Shown piece by piece: positions 63,417 through 64,000 of a stretch of DNA of 64,000 nt (position 1 is the stretch's first letter; each line of letters starts with the position of its first letter). A program made the translations under genes and the position numbers. Origin of the DNA: an uncultured Aquimarina sp. (GTDB taxonomy: Bacteria > Bacteroidota > Bacteroidia > Flavobacteriales > Flavobacteriaceae); the NCBI RefSeq assembly GCF_947500065.1, contig NZ_CANMQT010000006.1, positions 60,215 to 124,214 of the forward strand. Reading direction: 5' to 3'. Under the pieces are notes generated by a model. It worked only from the letters and a program-made list of their open reading frames with translations. It did not search any database and was not told where the DNA came from.

Positions 63417-64000
63417 TGAGCGATTGTTTTATTAATGGTATTGCCAGTATTTCGGCACAACCTACGACCGATCCAGATACCTTTTTAGAGGATATAATTT
63501 CTCACAAGGAAGCTATATTCAGATCTCATGATCCTAACTATAAAGAATATATAAAGCCTGCGGCTATGAGACGTATGTCTAAATCTGTAAAAATGGGAGT
63601 TACTACTGCTTCCATGGCTCTTAATAATTCTGGAGTAGAAATGCCTGATGCTATTATTACAGGCACAGGAATGGGATGTAAACAGGATTCTGAGAAGTTT
63701 CTGGAAAACATTCTTAATAATGATGAACAATTTTTAACGCCAACTCTATTTATTCAATCTACACATAATACTGTTGGAGGTCAAGTAGCATTGGGATTAG
63801 GATGCAAAGCCTATAACGTTACTTACGTACAGGGAGCGGCTTCGTTTGAAACTTCTGTAATGGATGCTCAGTTGATGTTGTCAGAAGAATCTGAAATAAA
63901 TATCTTGGTAGGAGGGATCGACGAAATAGCAAAAAATTCTACCCTTTTACATAAATTAGATGGCCAAATTAAGGAAGATGATATTGATGTAATCAAATTG
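63416..64000 (+). CDS. KS-like chain-length-factor type protein (no active-site Cys), 3' end beyond window
   Basis: Not in the ORF track because no stop is reached. TAATG overlap with the upstream KS, and the frame stays open for 195 codons to nt 64000 (MSDCFINGIASISAQP...). The KS active-site position reads LFIQSTHNTVGGQVAL, with no Cys. Confidence 0.7.
   Translation, partial: MSDCFINGIASISAQPTTDPDTFLEDIISHKEAIFRSHDPNYKEYIKPAAMRRMSKSVKMGVTTASMALNNSGVEMPDAIITGTGMGCKQDSEKFLENILNNDEQFLTPTLFIQSTHNTVGGQVALGLGCKAYNVTYVQGAASFETSVMDAQLMLSEESEINILVGGIDEIAKNSTLLHKLDGQIKEDDIDVIKL

Noticed and set aside
1-64000. Scan for CRISPR arrays, IS elements or transposases, integrases, phage genes, toxin-antitoxin pairs or known defence-system ATPases and nucleases.
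   Set aside because: None found. The only DNA-level repeats are intragenic domain duplications, the 15-nt direct repeat at 22797 and the terminator palindromes.

Overview
AT-rich chromosomal segment that looks like Bacteroidota, probably Flavobacteriia. The evidence is lipoboxes, T9SS C-terminal sorting domains, TAnnTTTG-type promoter boxes and a flexirubin-type pigment cluster. There are four blocks. (1) nt 1-39715 is a ~40-kb beta-1,3-glucan utilisation super-locus. It holds four GH16 laminarinase domains, one GH81, two GH17, one GH30, a ~1150-aa GH94-fold protein read here as a GH149/GH161-type beta-1,3-glucan phosphorylase, a GPH-family MFS symporter, multi-CBM lipoproteins and a Y_Y_Y/LuxR one-component regulator. 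A dual-GH18 T9SS chitinase and a ~1280-aa Cys-rich T9SS protein with a beta-trefoil head sit inside it. No SusC/SusD pair is visible. Its usual slot after the regulator is taken by a clan GH-A TIM-barrel domain fused to a putative outer-membrane beta-barrel, followed by a tightly coupled beta-rich lipoprotein. This pair is my best candidate for something undescribed. (2) nt 39989-40298 holds tRNA-Arg(UCU), tRNA-Pro(UGG) and tRNA-Ser(GCU) on the minus strand. (3) nt 40582-46322 holds three tandem, apparently independently transcribed paralogues (531-557 aa, signal peptides) of a family I cannot name. (4) nt 46399-64000 is a flexirubin-type aryl-polyene/dialkylresorcinol biosynthetic cluster that runs off the right edge. 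It includes a flavin halogenase, an MIO ammonia-lyase, FabG, several KS, two ACP, DarA/DarB, a dehydratase, a thioesterase and an ABC exporter. I saw no rRNA, CRISPR array, transposase, integrase or phage genes. All family calls rest on motifs read by eye, with no database search.
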